Positions 49,080-59,307 of a DNA stretch of 64,000 nucleotides are shown here, in pieces. A model generated the notes under the pieces. That model was not told the origin of the DNA. It saw nothing but the letters and a program-made list of their open reading frames with translations, and did no database searches. A program made the translations under genes and the position numbers. This DNA comes from an uncultured Pseudomonadota bacterium (GTDB taxonomy: Bacteria > Oederibacteriota > Muellerivitia > Muellerivitales > Muellerivitaceae): positions 1,184,001 to 1,248,000 of the forward strand of contig CAWIIP010000002.1 in NCBI GenBank assembly GCA_963836235.1, in the 5' to 3' direction. How positions within the stretch are numbered: position 1 is the stretch's first letter; the number at the start of each line of letters is the position of its first letter.

Positions 49080-49499
49080 ATGACACATCCAATCGTGGCT
49101 TACTTAATCAGTTTGGCGGTGGGTTATTGGGTTTTGACCCTGGCCGACAAGCAAAACGGCCTGACGAAAACCCTGGGGCATGTATTCGCGTGGATCATCA
49201 TTGTGGTTTCACTGCTGGGCCCGGTGTGCGTGGCCGCGACGGCCTGGTGCCGCCATTCCCAGGGCGGGCGTTGGGGCCATTCGGACAGGTGGTCCCGGGG
49301 CGGATGGAACCGGGGCGGGGTGGGCGACTCCTGCATGATGGGCGGTGAATGCGACATGGACGGAAAAGGCAAAGGGATGAAGGATGAATGCCCGATGATG
49401 GGAAAAGGAAACATGATGAAAGGCCAGATGGGGTCCGGCGACAAGGGGATGATGGATAAGGATTCCGGAAAATCCGACGACAAGGACGACTCGAAGTAA
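49080..49499 (+). CDS. Small 2-TM protein with Met/Cys/Gly-rich tail
   Basis: LAVGYWVL..A.K; CMMG..C..M..K.CPMM. Confidence 0.65.
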   Translation: MTHPIVAYLISLAVGYWVLTLADKQNGLTKTLGHVFAWIIIVVSLLGPVCVAATAWCRHSQGGRWGHSDRWSRGGWNRGGVGDSCMMGGECDMDGKGKGMKDECPMMGKGNMMKGQMGSGDKGMMDKDSGKSDDKDDSK

Positions 49500-49554
49500 A
49501 ATATTTCTAAACTAAAGCCGCCCCCTTCAAGCCCCGCCGCCTGCGGGGCTTTTT
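49456..49554 (+). repeat. ~98-bp direct repeat (gene 3' end plus terminator), second copy at 51209-51306
   Basis: ATAAGGATTCCGGAAAATCCGAC.ACAAGGACGACTCGAAGTAAAATATTTC...GCGGGGCTTTTT. Confidence 0.92.
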
Positions 49555-49555
49555 T
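49529..49555 (+). terminator. Rho-independent terminator (copy at 51281-51306)
   Basis: AAGCCCCGC-N5-GCGGGGCTT followed by a T-tract. Confidence 0.8.
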
Positions 49556-49722
49556 GTCCTTTCCCCATCACCCCTTCTGACTTCTGAGCCTTCCGTAATG
49601 AAATGGGATGAGGGATGGCCTTTATTACGTTGCTTGGACCCATCCGTCCCATTAAACTCCTCCTCATTAAAACCGATGGTGAAAGCCGTTCGATTCGGTG
49701 AATTCGTTGGGAGAGGGAGCAA

Positions 49723-51180
49723 ATGAATATCCGAATCTTAGGCTTTTTCCCGCTTTTGGCAGGTTTCACTTTGGTGATGGCTGGCTGTCCCTCCAAAAGC
49801 ACAACCCCTACCACCCCCGCGGCTTCCACGAACACCCCTACCCCGGCCATCACCAGCACGCCCACAAACAGCGCCACCAGCACCTTGTCCGGCACACCCA
49901 CTTCCAGCCCCACCGTCACGCCAAGCACGACCATCACCCGCACGCCGACGGCTTCGCCAACCGCCACCGCTTCCGGCACGCCGACCGACAGCGCCACGCA
50001 AACCGCCACTGCGACCATAACAAATACGGCGACCGCTACCGGCACCGCGACGATCACCGGCACACCGACCAGTACATTTCCCTTCAGCCCCACCTCCACG
50101 CCGACGGGCACGGCGACAGCCACCCCGACGGTGACGGACACCACCACCGGACCCTCATGGAAGGTCGTGGGGAGCGCGGGCTTCGGCTCGCCGGCGGGTT
50201 ACACCAACATGATTTTCAACGGCGGTAATCCCTATGTGGTTTACATGGATACGGGCAACGGCAACAAGGGCATGGTAGAGGAATACCTCGGAAGCGCCTG
50301 GACGACGGTGGGCTCCGCGGATTTCACGGCGGCGAGCGCCTATGCCATCTCCCCGGTTTTTTACAACAACAACCTTTACGTGTCTTTCGCCGACAGCACG
50401 AAAAATGACCTGGCCACTGTGGAGGAATATACGGGGGGGGGGTGGGTGACGATCGGGAGCGCTGGCTTCGGCGTGACCTGTTCCTACACGTCGCTGGCCA
50501 TCGACGGCAGCGGCAATCTTTATGTGGGCCTCACGGGCATCAATTACAGTTACCTGATGGAGTACACCGGCACGGCCTGGGTGACGGTGGGCGGCGGGGC
50601 TTTCTCAACCGGGACGGGGAGTTTCGTATCCGTGGCCATCGACGCCAGCAACAACCCCTACGTGGCCTACGGGGACGGCTATTACGGCGGCGCCACAGTG
50701 GCGGAATATGTCTCCGGCGGTTGGACCTATCTCGGTGGATACGCTGGCGCCGGGGGCTCCGGGGGTGGCACCAAAGTCGCTAATTACACCTCGCTGGTCT
50801 TTAACGGCGGCAACCCCTATGTGGCTTATATGGATTTAAGCGATAACTACTTACCCAATTTGGTGGAGTGGACCGGAAGCTGGGCGGGGGTTGGAAGCGA
50901 GGGCTTCGGCACCACCACCAAGGCTTACTATACCAAGCTGGCCTTTAACCCCATCAACGGCAATCCCTACGTGTCTTTCGCGGATGAAAATGTCACCGAT
51001 GAGGCGATGGTCATGGAGTACAGCGCTTCGAGCTGGGTGACGGTGGGAAGCCCGCATTTCTCCGACGGCGCGACTTCCTATAATTCACTTGCCTTCGACG
51101 CCGCTGGAAACCCCTATGTGGCCTACGAGGATGAAAACATCGCCAACGGCAACCGGGTTACCGTCATGGAATACCATTGA
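49723..51180 (+). CDS. Lipoprotein with Thr-rich stalk and beta-propeller-like repeats
   Basis: Lipobox AGC, TPT linker, repeats W.TVG..GF...Y.SL.F..GNPYVAY.D. Confidence 0.8.
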   Translation: MNIRILGFFPLLAGFTLVMAGCPSKSTTPTTPAASTNTPTPAITSTPTNSATSTLSGTPTSSPTVTPSTTITRTPTASPTATASGTPTDSATQTATATITNTATATGTATITGTPTSTFPFSPTSTPTGTATATPTVTDTTTGPSWKVVGSAGFGSPAGYTNMIFNGGNPYVVYMDTGNGNKGMVEEYLGSAWTTVGSADFTAASAYAISPVFYNNNLYVSFADSTKNDLATVEEYTGGGWVTIGSAGFGVTCSYTSLAIDGSGNLYVGLTGINYSYLMEYTGTAWVTVGGGAFSTGTGSFVSVAIDASNNPYVAYGDGYYGGATVAEYVSGGWTYLGGYAGAGGSGGGTKVANYTSLVFNGGNPYVAYMDLSDNYLPNLVEWTGSWAGVGSEGFGTTTKAYYTKLAFNPINGNPYVSFADENVTDEAMVMEYSASSWVTVGSPHFSDGATSYNSLAFDAAGNPYVAYEDENIANGNRVTVMEYH

Positions 51181-51310
51181 AATAATGATTCACCGCCCGG
51201 AACCCCGAATAAGGATTCCGGAAAATCCGACAACAAGGACGACTCGAAGTAAAATATTTCTAAACTAAAGCCGCCCCATCAAGCCCCGCCCCCCGCGGGG
51301 CTTTTTATTT

Positions 51311-52540
51311 TCAAAACGAATAGGCCAGCGAAACCCCGGTGCGGCCAGGGTAAAGGTCCATCGGACCTTGCCAAGCCCCGATCAGCCATTGAGCCTGGAA
51401 GCCCAGTTCCCAGGAAGGCTCAAAGTCCCAGCTCGCCTTGGGCCAGAAAAGGAAAGGCCCCCCTTCCAAAGGCGCCACCAGGGCAAGCGTGGCTTTTGAT
51501 TGCCCGGTAACGCTGCCCCCCGCCGACATAAAAGCGTAAGTCGCCGGGACAACTTGATTCGAATAATTCCCGAGGATTTCACCCGTCTCGTCCCTTAAAA
51601 ACTCCGCCGTATACTTCACGCCCTCGTGCGAGGTGGAGACCCCTAAATTCCAATTGGAGGCCGTATGGCCATCGGGATAAAGCCAATCCACGCCTTCCAA
51701 ACGCACCTGGACCGTGGGAAAGGTTCCCACCGCCTCCAGGCCGAAACCATTGCGGCCCGTCATCCAGGCCAGGCTGGGAGTGAAGGTAATGCCGATGCCC
51801 TTGTCCACCAGTTTCAAAACCCCGTTGGCGGTCCCCCCTTCAAGCCACCGCGCCGCCCCTTCCAGGCTCAGGTCGTCGAACAGGAAGCAGGTAGCGTCCA
51901 ACCCTTCGCTCCCCAGGGGTTCTTCCCCCTGCCATTGGAGGGGGGACAAGGGGAAAAAATAATCGGTGGGCCGGTAAAAATAAGAATAACCCCACTGGGG
52001 TTTAAAAAGGCCCGCCGTCACGTCCAGCCGCCCGGTGGCCAGGTGAAGGTAAGCCCGTTCCAGTTCCAGGAGATAATGATTGGTTCCCGCTTCGGAGTCG
52101 TCATTGTCCGTCTCGAGGTTGAGGACATTTTCCACCGGATATTCGGGCTCGGACGGCGGCATGGGTTTTCCCGAGGTCTGCCAACCCGCTTCCCCCTCCA
52201 ACCCATAGGAAAGGCCGGAAAAAAGGTCCTGGTGGCTTCCCAGGGAAAGCCGGGAATATTGGTAAGCCGATAAGGAATTCCCGGGCGTCTGAAAACTACC
52301 CCCCTCGGCGCTGATTTGCCCGGAGAGGATTTGTGTTTCGTCTTCATCTTCCGCGGCCCACAAGGGTTGAAGGGCCGGAAGCAGGAACCCCAATAGAAGA
52401 ACAAAGAACCTCAAACAAAAACCCATTTCATCACGAACGATGAAAGACAAGGATGTTAAAAAGATGTTGTGAACCTGATCCCTTTTCCCGTTTTTCTTGG
52501 TGCCCTTCGTGTCTTCGTGGTTCAAAGAGCCTTTATTCAT
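51311..52540 (-). CDS. Putative outer-membrane beta-barrel protein (start may be 52426)
   Basis: Signal-like segment, terminal LAYSF; the N-terminus contains a translated repeat (NHEDTKGTK). Confidence 0.65.
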   Translation of the reverse strand: MNKGSLNHEDTKGTKKNGKRDQVHNIFLTSLSFIVRDEMGFCLRFFVLLLGFLLPALQPLWAAEDEDETQILSGQISAEGGSFQTPGNSLSAYQYSRLSLGSHQDLFSGLSYGLEGEAGWQTSGKPMPPSEPEYPVENVLNLETDNDDSEAGTNHYLLELERAYLHLATGRLDVTAGLFKPQWGYSYFYRPTDYFFPLSPLQWQGEEPLGSEGLDATCFLFDDLSLEGAARWLEGGTANGVLKLVDKGIGITFTPSLAWMTGRNGFGLEAVGTFPTVQVRLEGVDWLYPDGHTASNWNLGVSTSHEGVKYTAEFLRDETGEILGNYSNQVVPATYAFMSAGGSVTGQSKATLALVAPLEGGPFLFWPKASWDFEPSWELGFQAQWLIGAWQGPMDLYPGRTGVSLAYSF

Positions 52541-53289
52541 GAATTCGTTTCCTCGAGAAGTTTCTCCCGCAACAATTCTAACGCTTCCCCCGCTGGGGAC
52601 CGAACCGAAAGGGCGACTTGCTTGGAAAGCGGTGTTTCCTCGGGATTGATCTCGATCACCAGCTTACCCCGCCGAAGCGGATCTTCCGGCAAGGCGGCGG
52701 CGGGATAAACCAGGGCCGAGGTCCCGATGACGAGAAAAGCGTCGCAGTCCCGGGCGGCTTCCTCGGCTTGGGCCCAAGGTTCCGGCGGCAACCCCTCGCC
52801 GAACCAAACCACTCCCGGCCTTAAAAGGGCGCCGCATTGCGGGCAGTGGGGTGGAAGATTCACCAGTTCATGCCTATCTTCCCATTCGCCACAGGAAGGG
52901 GAGCCAGTGCAACGCACCATCCACAGGCTTCCATGCAATTCAATGGGCCTGCGGCTTCCCGCCTTGTTATGAAGCCGGTCCACGTTTTGGGTGATCAAGG
53001 CCACTTCCGGGAAAAACGCTTCCATCCAGGCCAAGACCTCGTGGCCAGGGTTGGGTTCAGCCCCCGCCACTTGGCGTCGCCGTGCCTCGTACCATTCCCA
53101 AACAGTTTTGGGGTCTTTGGCGAAAGCCTCGGGTGTTGCCAATTTTAATGGATCAGCCTTTTCCCATTGGCCCCCCACGCCTCTAAAAGTCGCGATACCC
53201 GATTCCGCCGATATGCCCGCGCCGGTCAGAACCGTAACTTTTTTACATTTTGAGAGCCGTTGGAGAATGTCTTGCGGAAAGAGGTCCAC
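52537..53289 (-). CDS. cobB: NAD-dependent deacylase (sirtuin)
   Basis: GAGISAESGI.TFRG, TQNVD.LH, HGS, RPGVVWFGE. Confidence 0.93.
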   Translation of the reverse strand: MDLFPQDILQRLSKCKKVTVLTGAGISAESGIATFRGVGGQWEKADPLKLATPEAFAKDPKTVWEWYEARRRQVAGAEPNPGHEVLAWMEAFFPEVALITQNVDRLHNKAGSRRPIELHGSLWMVRCTGSPSCGEWEDRHELVNLPPHCPQCGALLRPGVVWFGEGLPPEPWAQAEEAARDCDAFLVIGTSALVYPAAALPEDPLRRGKLVIEINPEETPLSKQVALSVRSPAGEALELLREKLLEETNS

Positions 53290-53291
53290 GC

Positions 53292-54278
53292 TTATTGTTT
53301 CTTATAATAGGAGGCGGCATCCGGCGCCGCCTTGGAGAAGGTTGGGTAGCCGCCCTTCTCGTCGTGGTCTTCCCAAGCCAGGACTTTCCCGGTTTCCGAA
53401 TTGAGGATATAGATGACGTTGTGGGAAACTTCCCCTTTTCCCGTGAAATGAACCGCCGCCATGACCAGGCGCTTATGATCCTTTCGGAAGAGGGCCAGGG
53501 ACATTTCCCCGATGGGCCCGGGGGCGAAGGGCAAGTGGGTTTTCCAATTGACCTGTTTCTTCGGGCCGAAGGAAAGAACATCCCCGGGGGCCGCGTCGGC
53601 CACGTAGGTATTGGCCCAGGGATCCCGAACCGCGTCCCGGGCGTCCTTGAGCCCGTCCTCCGGGCCCAGGGTGAAAACGACCTTGTCTTCCTGGAAATAA
53701 ATTTCCTCGATCGTCGAGTCCTTGAGGATCACCAGGTAATTCCCGCTGTCGGTGCAAAGATGCACCCGCCGGGGGGGCGCGGGAAGCTTGTATTCCCATC
53801 GGATCTTCGGATTCTTGGACTTGGCGTCCGCCAGGAAGAGCCGCTGGTTGAGGCTGTCGGCGGCCAGGATCAGGGCGGGATTATCCTTCTCGTCCCAATT
53901 GGCCACCACGGCGCTTTCCACCTTGATCCCCTCAAAATCGCTCCAATCCCAGAGGGTTTTGCATCCCTTCCAGATTTTCTGAATCAGGGCCACTTGGGAC
54001 GAGGCTCCCGTCACCAGGTAAGTACCGGGTTGGGGTTCGGACTGGACGTCTTGGAGGGGGCCGTCGAAGGAACAATCCCAATTCATTTTGCCCCGGTGAA
54101 TATGGAAGAGATGGTTGTGCTTCTTTCCGCAAAGGATAAGATCAGGAATGAGCGATGGGGGAGAGGGAGCCTGGGTATAACCCGCGCCCGGAACGCAAAA
54201 AGCGACCGTTCCGACGGCCCACAAAATAACAAAATGAAAGCGGATGGCTGTTCCCTTTACCACTGTCTTCATGTGCAC
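53292..54278 (-). CDS. Hypothetical secreted beta-propeller-like protein
   Basis: Signal peptide, W-ending beta repeats. Confidence 0.6.
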   Translation of the reverse strand: MHMKTVVKGTAIRFHFVILWAVGTVAFCVPGAGYTQAPSPPSLIPDLILCGKKHNHLFHIHRGKMNWDCSFDGPLQDVQSEPQPGTYLVTGASSQVALIQKIWKGCKTLWDWSDFEGIKVESAVVANWDEKDNPALILAADSLNQRLFLADAKSKNPKIRWEYKLPAPPRRVHLCTDSGNYLVILKDSTIEEIYFQEDKVVFTLGPEDGLKDARDAVRDPWANTYVADAAPGDVLSFGPKKQVNWKTHLPFAPGPIGEMSLALFRKDHKRLVMAAVHFTGKGEVSHNVIYILNSETGKVLAWEDHDEKGGYPTFSKAAPDAASYYKKQ

Positions 54279-54745
54279 CAGAATCGAATCAACTCAAAAC
54301 TGCGGTTGGCCTCCCGGATGCGGGAGCAAAGGGTATTGACCAGAATATCCTGGATACGCAAAGCGGTGCCGGGATGTTCCCTTTGCAGTTTTTCGTATTC
54401 TTCAAGGGACAGGTAAAAAAGGATGGCGTTTTCTTCCACGATGGCGTCCGCCGACCTCGGTGTCCCGTCGATCAAGGCCATCTCCCCGAAAAGGTTTCCG
54501 GCGGTCAAAACCGCCAGAAGCATTTCTTGGGGCGTCTTTTTCCCTTCCGGGACGACCTGTTTGCTGATCTTCACCTTGCCCGCCCGGATAAAGTAAAAAC
54601 CGTCTCCCGGTTCCTTTTCCCGGAAAACCATTTGCCCGATGTTCGGGCGAACTTCCCTGAGCCTGTCGGCCAGAATGACCCAATCTTGTTCTTGAAATCC
54701 ACGGTAGGGAGCGGCCGTCTTAAAAACCGAAAGATCCACAGCCAT
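54269..54745 (-). CDS. cNMP-binding domain protein
   Basis: FGEMAL..G.PRSA. Confidence 0.88.
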   Translation of the reverse strand: MAVDLSVFKTAAPYRGFQEQDWVILADRLREVRPNIGQMVFREKEPGDGFYFIRAGKVKISKQVVPEGKKTPQEMLLAVLTAGNLFGEMALIDGTPRSADAIVEENAILFYLSLEEYEKLQREHPGTALRIQDILVNTLCSRIREANRSFELIRFWCT

Positions 54746-54801
54746 GAAAACCTCCAAAGGGTTGAACCACCAAGACACCAAGGGCACCAAGAAAAGCTTA
54801 A

Positions 54802-55194
54802 TTATAAAACGATTCTCTTGATTCCGTTTTTAATCAACGGAACATTAAAGTTGATAAGCAAACCCAGTCTTTGATTTGTGATTTTTAAATACGTTATCAC
54901 TTGCGCCTCATGAACCGGTTGAAGATTCTCAATCGCTTTTAACTCGACAATAAGTCTTTCTTGAACAAGTAAATCAATCCTGAATCCGATTTCCATTCTT
55001 TCGCCGTCATAAATCAATGGCACTTCAACTTGACGTTCAACCTTAAGGCCTCGCTTTTGCAATTCACGAAAAAGACATGCCTCGTAAGCGCTTTCTAACA
55101 ATCCAGGTCCGAAATGTTTATGTATTTTATAGGCCGCATCTACCACTTCAGCCGCAATCTTATCTAGTTGAGTATCTATTTTTTCAAAACTCAT
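54802..55194 (-). CDS. GxxExxY protein
   Basis: GPGLLESAYE, RIDLLV, IVELK, LGLLINF. Confidence 0.93.
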   Translation of the reverse strand: MSFEKIDTQLDKIAAEVVDAAYKIHKHFGPGLLESAYEACLFRELQKRGLKVERQVEVPLIYDGERMEIGFRIDLLVQERLIVELKAIENLQPVHEAQVITYLKITNQRLGLLINFNVPLIKNGIKRIVL

Positions 55195-55234
55195 TTTTCC
55201 GTTCTTGGTGCCCTTAGTGTCTTGGTGGTTCAAT

Positions 55235-56662
55235 CTAGATTTTTCCTTTAAGGTCGTTGATGAACTGCCTCGCGGTGCGTCCTGACCGGACGTTGTTGGA
55301 CTTTTCCCATTGAACCGCCCGGGCATGCAGTTCCTGGGGTTTCATCTTGATGCCTTCCGCCTTGGCCCAGCTGTCCACCATTTTAAAGTAGGTTTCCTGG
55401 TCGGGGGCGTAAAAGGAGATCACCAGGCCGAAACGATCGGCCAGGGAAAGTTTTTCCTCGACCGTATCCGCTCCGTGGATTTCTCCTTCTTTCTGGAGGC
55501 CGCCCAAACGATCGTCGAAAAATTCTCGGATCAAATGCCTGCGGTTGGAAGTGGCGATCAGAATAACGTTACGGGGGGTAGCTTCTACCGCGCCCTCCAT
55601 CAGGGCTTTCAACCCTTTATAAGAAGTCTCATTTTCTTCGAAGGAAAGGTCGTCCACGAAAAGGATGAATTTCTCCTGGCGTCCCCTTAAATAAGGAAAG
55701 ATATCATGGAGGTTCTTTAGTTCCCTCGGCGTCACCTCCACCAGCCGTAGTCCTTTCTCCTGGTACTGGTTCAGAAGGGCCTTGACCGTGGAGGACTTGC
55801 CCGTTCCCCTTTCGCCATAGAGGAGGGTGTTGTTCGCGGGCTTGCCCGCCACGAAGGCTTCGATGTTTTCAATCAGTGGCCGGCGTTGTTCGTCGTAGCC
55901 CACCAGGTTTTCCAGGCGAATGGGGTCCGCCGCTTCTATTCCGACCAGTTCCCCCTTCCCTTTCCCGCGATCCTCCCATCGGAAGGCCCGGTAACGCCCA
56001 AAAAGACCCCAACCGTTTTTGAAAAAATGCCCGGCGACTTCGGTTAAAAGATGGTTTCCTTTGGCGCCGGAAAGAAGGCTTCGTTTCATTTTCTCCCGGG
56101 CTTGAAGCCCGGGGGTAAGGGGCTGGTCCCCGGCCCATCCACCTTCGCCTTCCAGCGACGGAGGCGCCTCTTTTCCCATCAAATCGGATTTATCTCGGTA
56201 CTCGGCCTCCCAATCGGTTTTCAATATTTTTTGGACTGTTCCCAATTCCGCCAGGTAAGCGCGGCTTAAAGAAGATCCGATTTGGGAAAGGGGCGCCAGT
56301 TCCGCTTTGCGGTTAAAAGGATTGTCATTTTCCAGGAGCTTTTCCAGGAAATGGTCCTGCAGGATATTTCCCACCCGGGGATGCCGGATGAACTCCTCTT
56401 GCTTCACCAGCGTCTTCCACAATTGGCCGTAACGCCGGGGACCCTTGGAGGGTTGCCTATCCTCCTTGGCCAGCCACTTTAAGAGCCTCCGGAATTCCAG
56501 ACCGGCCTCATCCAAGAAAATATCCACCAGCAACACCAGGGAGTTCAAGCCTTCCAACGCCTTGCGGGCCGTCAGGGAAGCTTTCGGGCTGGGTTTTATT
56601 TTTTCTTTTTCCAATTTTATTTTTGAGCCGCGCGTCATTTTTTTCTCCGATAGGAGGGCCAT
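55235..56662 (-). CDS. DUF815 AAA+ ATPase
   Basis: GERGTGKSS, FVDDLSF, TSNRRHL, EEKLSLADRFG, RSGRTA.QF. Confidence 0.92.
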   Translation of the reverse strand: MALLSEKKMTRGSKIKLEKEKIKPSPKASLTARKALEGLNSLVLLVDIFLDEAGLEFRRLLKWLAKEDRQPSKGPRRYGQLWKTLVKQEEFIRHPRVGNILQDHFLEKLLENDNPFNRKAELAPLSQIGSSLSRAYLAELGTVQKILKTDWEAEYRDKSDLMGKEAPPSLEGEGGWAGDQPLTPGLQAREKMKRSLLSGAKGNHLLTEVAGHFFKNGWGLFGRYRAFRWEDRGKGKGELVGIEAADPIRLENLVGYDEQRRPLIENIEAFVAGKPANNTLLYGERGTGKSSTVKALLNQYQEKGLRLVEVTPRELKNLHDIFPYLRGRQEKFILFVDDLSFEENETSYKGLKALMEGAVEATPRNVILIATSNRRHLIREFFDDRLGGLQKEGEIHGADTVEEKLSLADRFGLVISFYAPDQETYFKMVDSWAKAEGIKMKPQELHARAVQWEKSNNVRSGRTARQFINDLKGKI

Positions 56663-56735
56663 TTTACGCCTTTTTGAACTAGACGCATCTTTTTTTCCCC
56701 CTGCGTGAGGCCTACTATATGAGGAAAGGTGAATC

Positions 56736-57893
56736 GTGTCGAAAACACTGTCTCTCGAACAATTACTGACGGACCGCACCACCGAAGGATTGCTTTATGA
56801 AAAGCTTTCTGAAAACCGGGTGCAATGTTACGCCTGCGCCCATCGCTGCCGCGTCCCGGAAGGAAAAAAAGGCATCTGCAAGGTCCGTTATAATGAGGGC
56901 GGAATGTTGCGGGTTCCCCACAATTACGTGGGCGCCCTGCAGGTGGACCCCATCGAGAAGAAACCCTTCTTTCACGCCCTTCCGGGCAGCCAGGCCTTTT
57001 CCTTCGGCATGCTGGGCTGTGATTATCACTGCGATTACTGCCAAAACTGGATCACCAGCCAAGCCTTAAGGGACCCGGCTTCCGAGCAAAATGGGGCCCG
57101 TCCCAGAGACCTGACCGCCCGGGAACTGGCCGCCACCGCCCTCAAACACAAATGTCAAACCGTAACCTCCACTTACAACGAACCCTTGATCACCAGCGAA
57201 TGGGCCGTGGAGGTTTTCAAGGAGGCCCGGACCAATGGGCTTTTAACCTCCTACGTTTCCAACGGCAACGCCACGAAGGAAGTGCTGGAGTTTATCCGGC
57301 CCTGGGTGGACCTCTATAAGGTCGATTTGAAATGCTTCAACGACAAAACCTACCGCCGCAACATCGGGGGCACGCTGAAGCCCGTACTGGAATCCATTGA
57401 GCGGTTGAAAGCCATGGGTTTCTGGCTGGAAATCGTGACGCTGGTGGTTCCGGGAATGAACGATAGCGAAAAGGAACTGGCGGATATCGCGCGTTTCCTG
57501 GCCTCTATTTCCAGGGATATCCCCTGGCACGTCACCGCCTTCCATCCGGACTATAAAATGGAGGACCGGGAATGGACCGACCCGGATAAGTTGAACGTGA
57601 GTTACCAGATCGGCAAGGAAGCAGGCCTGCGTTATGTCTATTCGGGAAACCGCCCCGGCGAAGTCGGCACCACCGAAAACACCTATTGCCCTTCTTGCGG
57701 TGAACTTTTGATCGAACGTTACGGCTTTCAAGTCATGAGAAACCTGCTGGGGCCGGAGGGCGAATGCCCGAAATGCTCCACCCTTATCCCGGGTGTTTGG
57801 AAAATCCCTTCCCGTGAACCTAACGCGGTCATCCCCCTCGAAAAAACTCCCCACGCCGATAAAGCACTTACGGAAATCCCAAAATCCGAATAA
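56736..57893 (+). CDS. amrS: AmmeMemoRadiSam system radical SAM enzyme
   Basis: CYACAHRC, DPIEKKPFFH, C..HCDYCQNW, TYNEP. Confidence 0.9.
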   Translation: MSKTLSLEQLLTDRTTEGLLYEKLSENRVQCYACAHRCRVPEGKKGICKVRYNEGGMLRVPHNYVGALQVDPIEKKPFFHALPGSQAFSFGMLGCDYHCDYCQNWITSQALRDPASEQNGARPRDLTARELAATALKHKCQTVTSTYNEPLITSEWAVEVFKEARTNGLLTSYVSNGNATKEVLEFIRPWVDLYKVDLKCFNDKTYRRNIGGTLKPVLESIERLKAMGFWLEIVTLVVPGMNDSEKELADIARFLASISRDIPWHVTAFHPDYKMEDREWTDPDKLNVSYQIGKEAGLRYVYSGNRPGEVGTTENTYCPSCGELLIERYGFQVMRNLLGPEGECPKCSTLIPGVWKIPSREPNAVIPLEKTPHADKALTEIPKSE

Positions 57894-57936
57894 AATAACG
57901 CCCCAGCCAATCCACTTCCTGATGAGGCAATAAACC

Positions 57937-58635
57937 TTGTTCGTTACTTTCGTCGAGGATACCCCGGCTTCCAAAAAAATCCCTTGGGCCAATACCATTA
58001 TGATTCTTGTGAACGTGGTAGTGGCCTATCAAACCATCAACCGTCCGGATTTCCCAAAAATCCTGGACCATTACGGTTTTATCCCCGTTCGCCACTTGGG
58101 GATCGGAATTCTAACGGGACTTTTCCTTCAAAGCAGTTGGACCCAGTTGGTGGCCAACATGACCTTCCTTTATATGTTCGGCAAGGGCGTGGAACAACGG
58201 CTGGGGAGGTTGAACTATTTGATCGCTTATTTCGTCGTGGGGCTGGCCAGCGAGGGCGTCCATTGGTATTTCAACCGGGAGAGCGTTCTTCCTCTCATCG
58301 GGGCCTCCCGAATCGTCACGGGCTTAGGGGCCATCTACCTTATGCTTTATCCCTGGGGGAAGATGAAATGGTTCTTTTCCTTTTTCGGCGTGCCCCTCCT
58401 GGAAATACCTTCTCGAACCATCTTCGTCATGGGATTCTGGGCCGCTGTCCAGGCCGGCATGGCTTTCTTCCCCTGGTCCCGCTTCGCCGGTCTTTTTCAA
58501 TCCTTAACGAAGATGGGCATCTCTCTTTTTACCGTGAACCCCACGGCGGGCACCGCCTGGCGGGCCCACTTGGGGGCGTTGGCGGCGGGGTTCGTCCTGC
58601 ATTTCCTGATGCCCCAGAAAAAATCCAAGAGGTAG
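57937..58635 (+). CDS. Rhomboid-like protein (atypical motifs)
   Basis: FLQSSWTQLVANM, IGASR, AHLG. Confidence 0.75.
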   Translation: MFVTFVEDTPASKKIPWANTIMILVNVVVAYQTINRPDFPKILDHYGFIPVRHLGIGILTGLFLQSSWTQLVANMTFLYMFGKGVEQRLGRLNYLIAYFVVGLASEGVHWYFNRESVLPLIGASRIVTGLGAIYLMLYPWGKMKWFFSFFGVPLLEIPSRTIFVMGFWAAVQAGMAFFPWSRFAGLFQSLTKMGISLFTVNPTAGTAWRAHLGALAAGFVLHFLMPQKKSKR

Positions 58636-58638
58636 GCT

Positions 58639-59283
58639 ATGTTCTGGTTCCTTCCGGTACAAGAGGGTAACCCTCCCCGCCAGTTTCCCCTGGCGAACGT
58701 GTTGCTGATCACCTTAAATTTTTACGTCTTTTTCAAGACCATTTCCCGCCGGTCTTTTGACCATATCGTCTCGCAGTACGGTTTTACCCCCGCCCACCCC
58801 CATTTCCAGAACGTGATTTCGTCCATGTTCCTGCACGCGGGGTTCGCCCATATCCTGGGCAACATGTATTTCCTTTATGTTTTCGGGGACAAGGTGGAGG
58901 AACGGCTGGGAAAGGTGAACTATCTCATCGCCTACCTGCTCTCGGGATTCGGCGCCTGTTACCTGCAATATTCTGTTGATCCCCATTCGACTTTGCCGCT
59001 GGTCGGCGCTTCGGGGGCCATCTCCGGCATTTGCGCCCTTTATATGGTGATGTTCCCCTGGCAGAAAATGCGCCTGCAATTTTTCTTTATCGTCTTCCCG
59101 ATCTTTTCCATCCCGGTCCGGGCTGTTCTCGTGGTGGGAGTCTGGTTTCTGGAACAGTATTTCATGGCCATCGCTTCAAACCCGATGATGGGGGGCGTGG
59201 CCTTCTGGGCCCATGTGGGAGGCTTCCTGACAGGACTCGTCCTCTTCGCTTTCATGGACTCGGGTAAAAACAAGAAAGCCTGA
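58639..59283 (+). CDS. Rhomboid protease
   Basis: FLHAGFAHILGNM, GASGAI, AHVGG. Confidence 0.92.
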   Translation: MFWFLPVQEGNPPRQFPLANVLLITLNFYVFFKTISRRSFDHIVSQYGFTPAHPHFQNVISSMFLHAGFAHILGNMYFLYVFGDKVEERLGKVNYLIAYLLSGFGACYLQYSVDPHSTLPLVGASGAISGICALYMVMFPWQKMRLQFFFIVFPIFSIPVRAVLVVGVWFLEQYFMAIASNPMMGGVAFWAHVGGFLTGLVLFAFMDSGKNKKA

Positions 59284-59307
59284 GAAGCAAAACAACTTTT
59301 TTGATTT

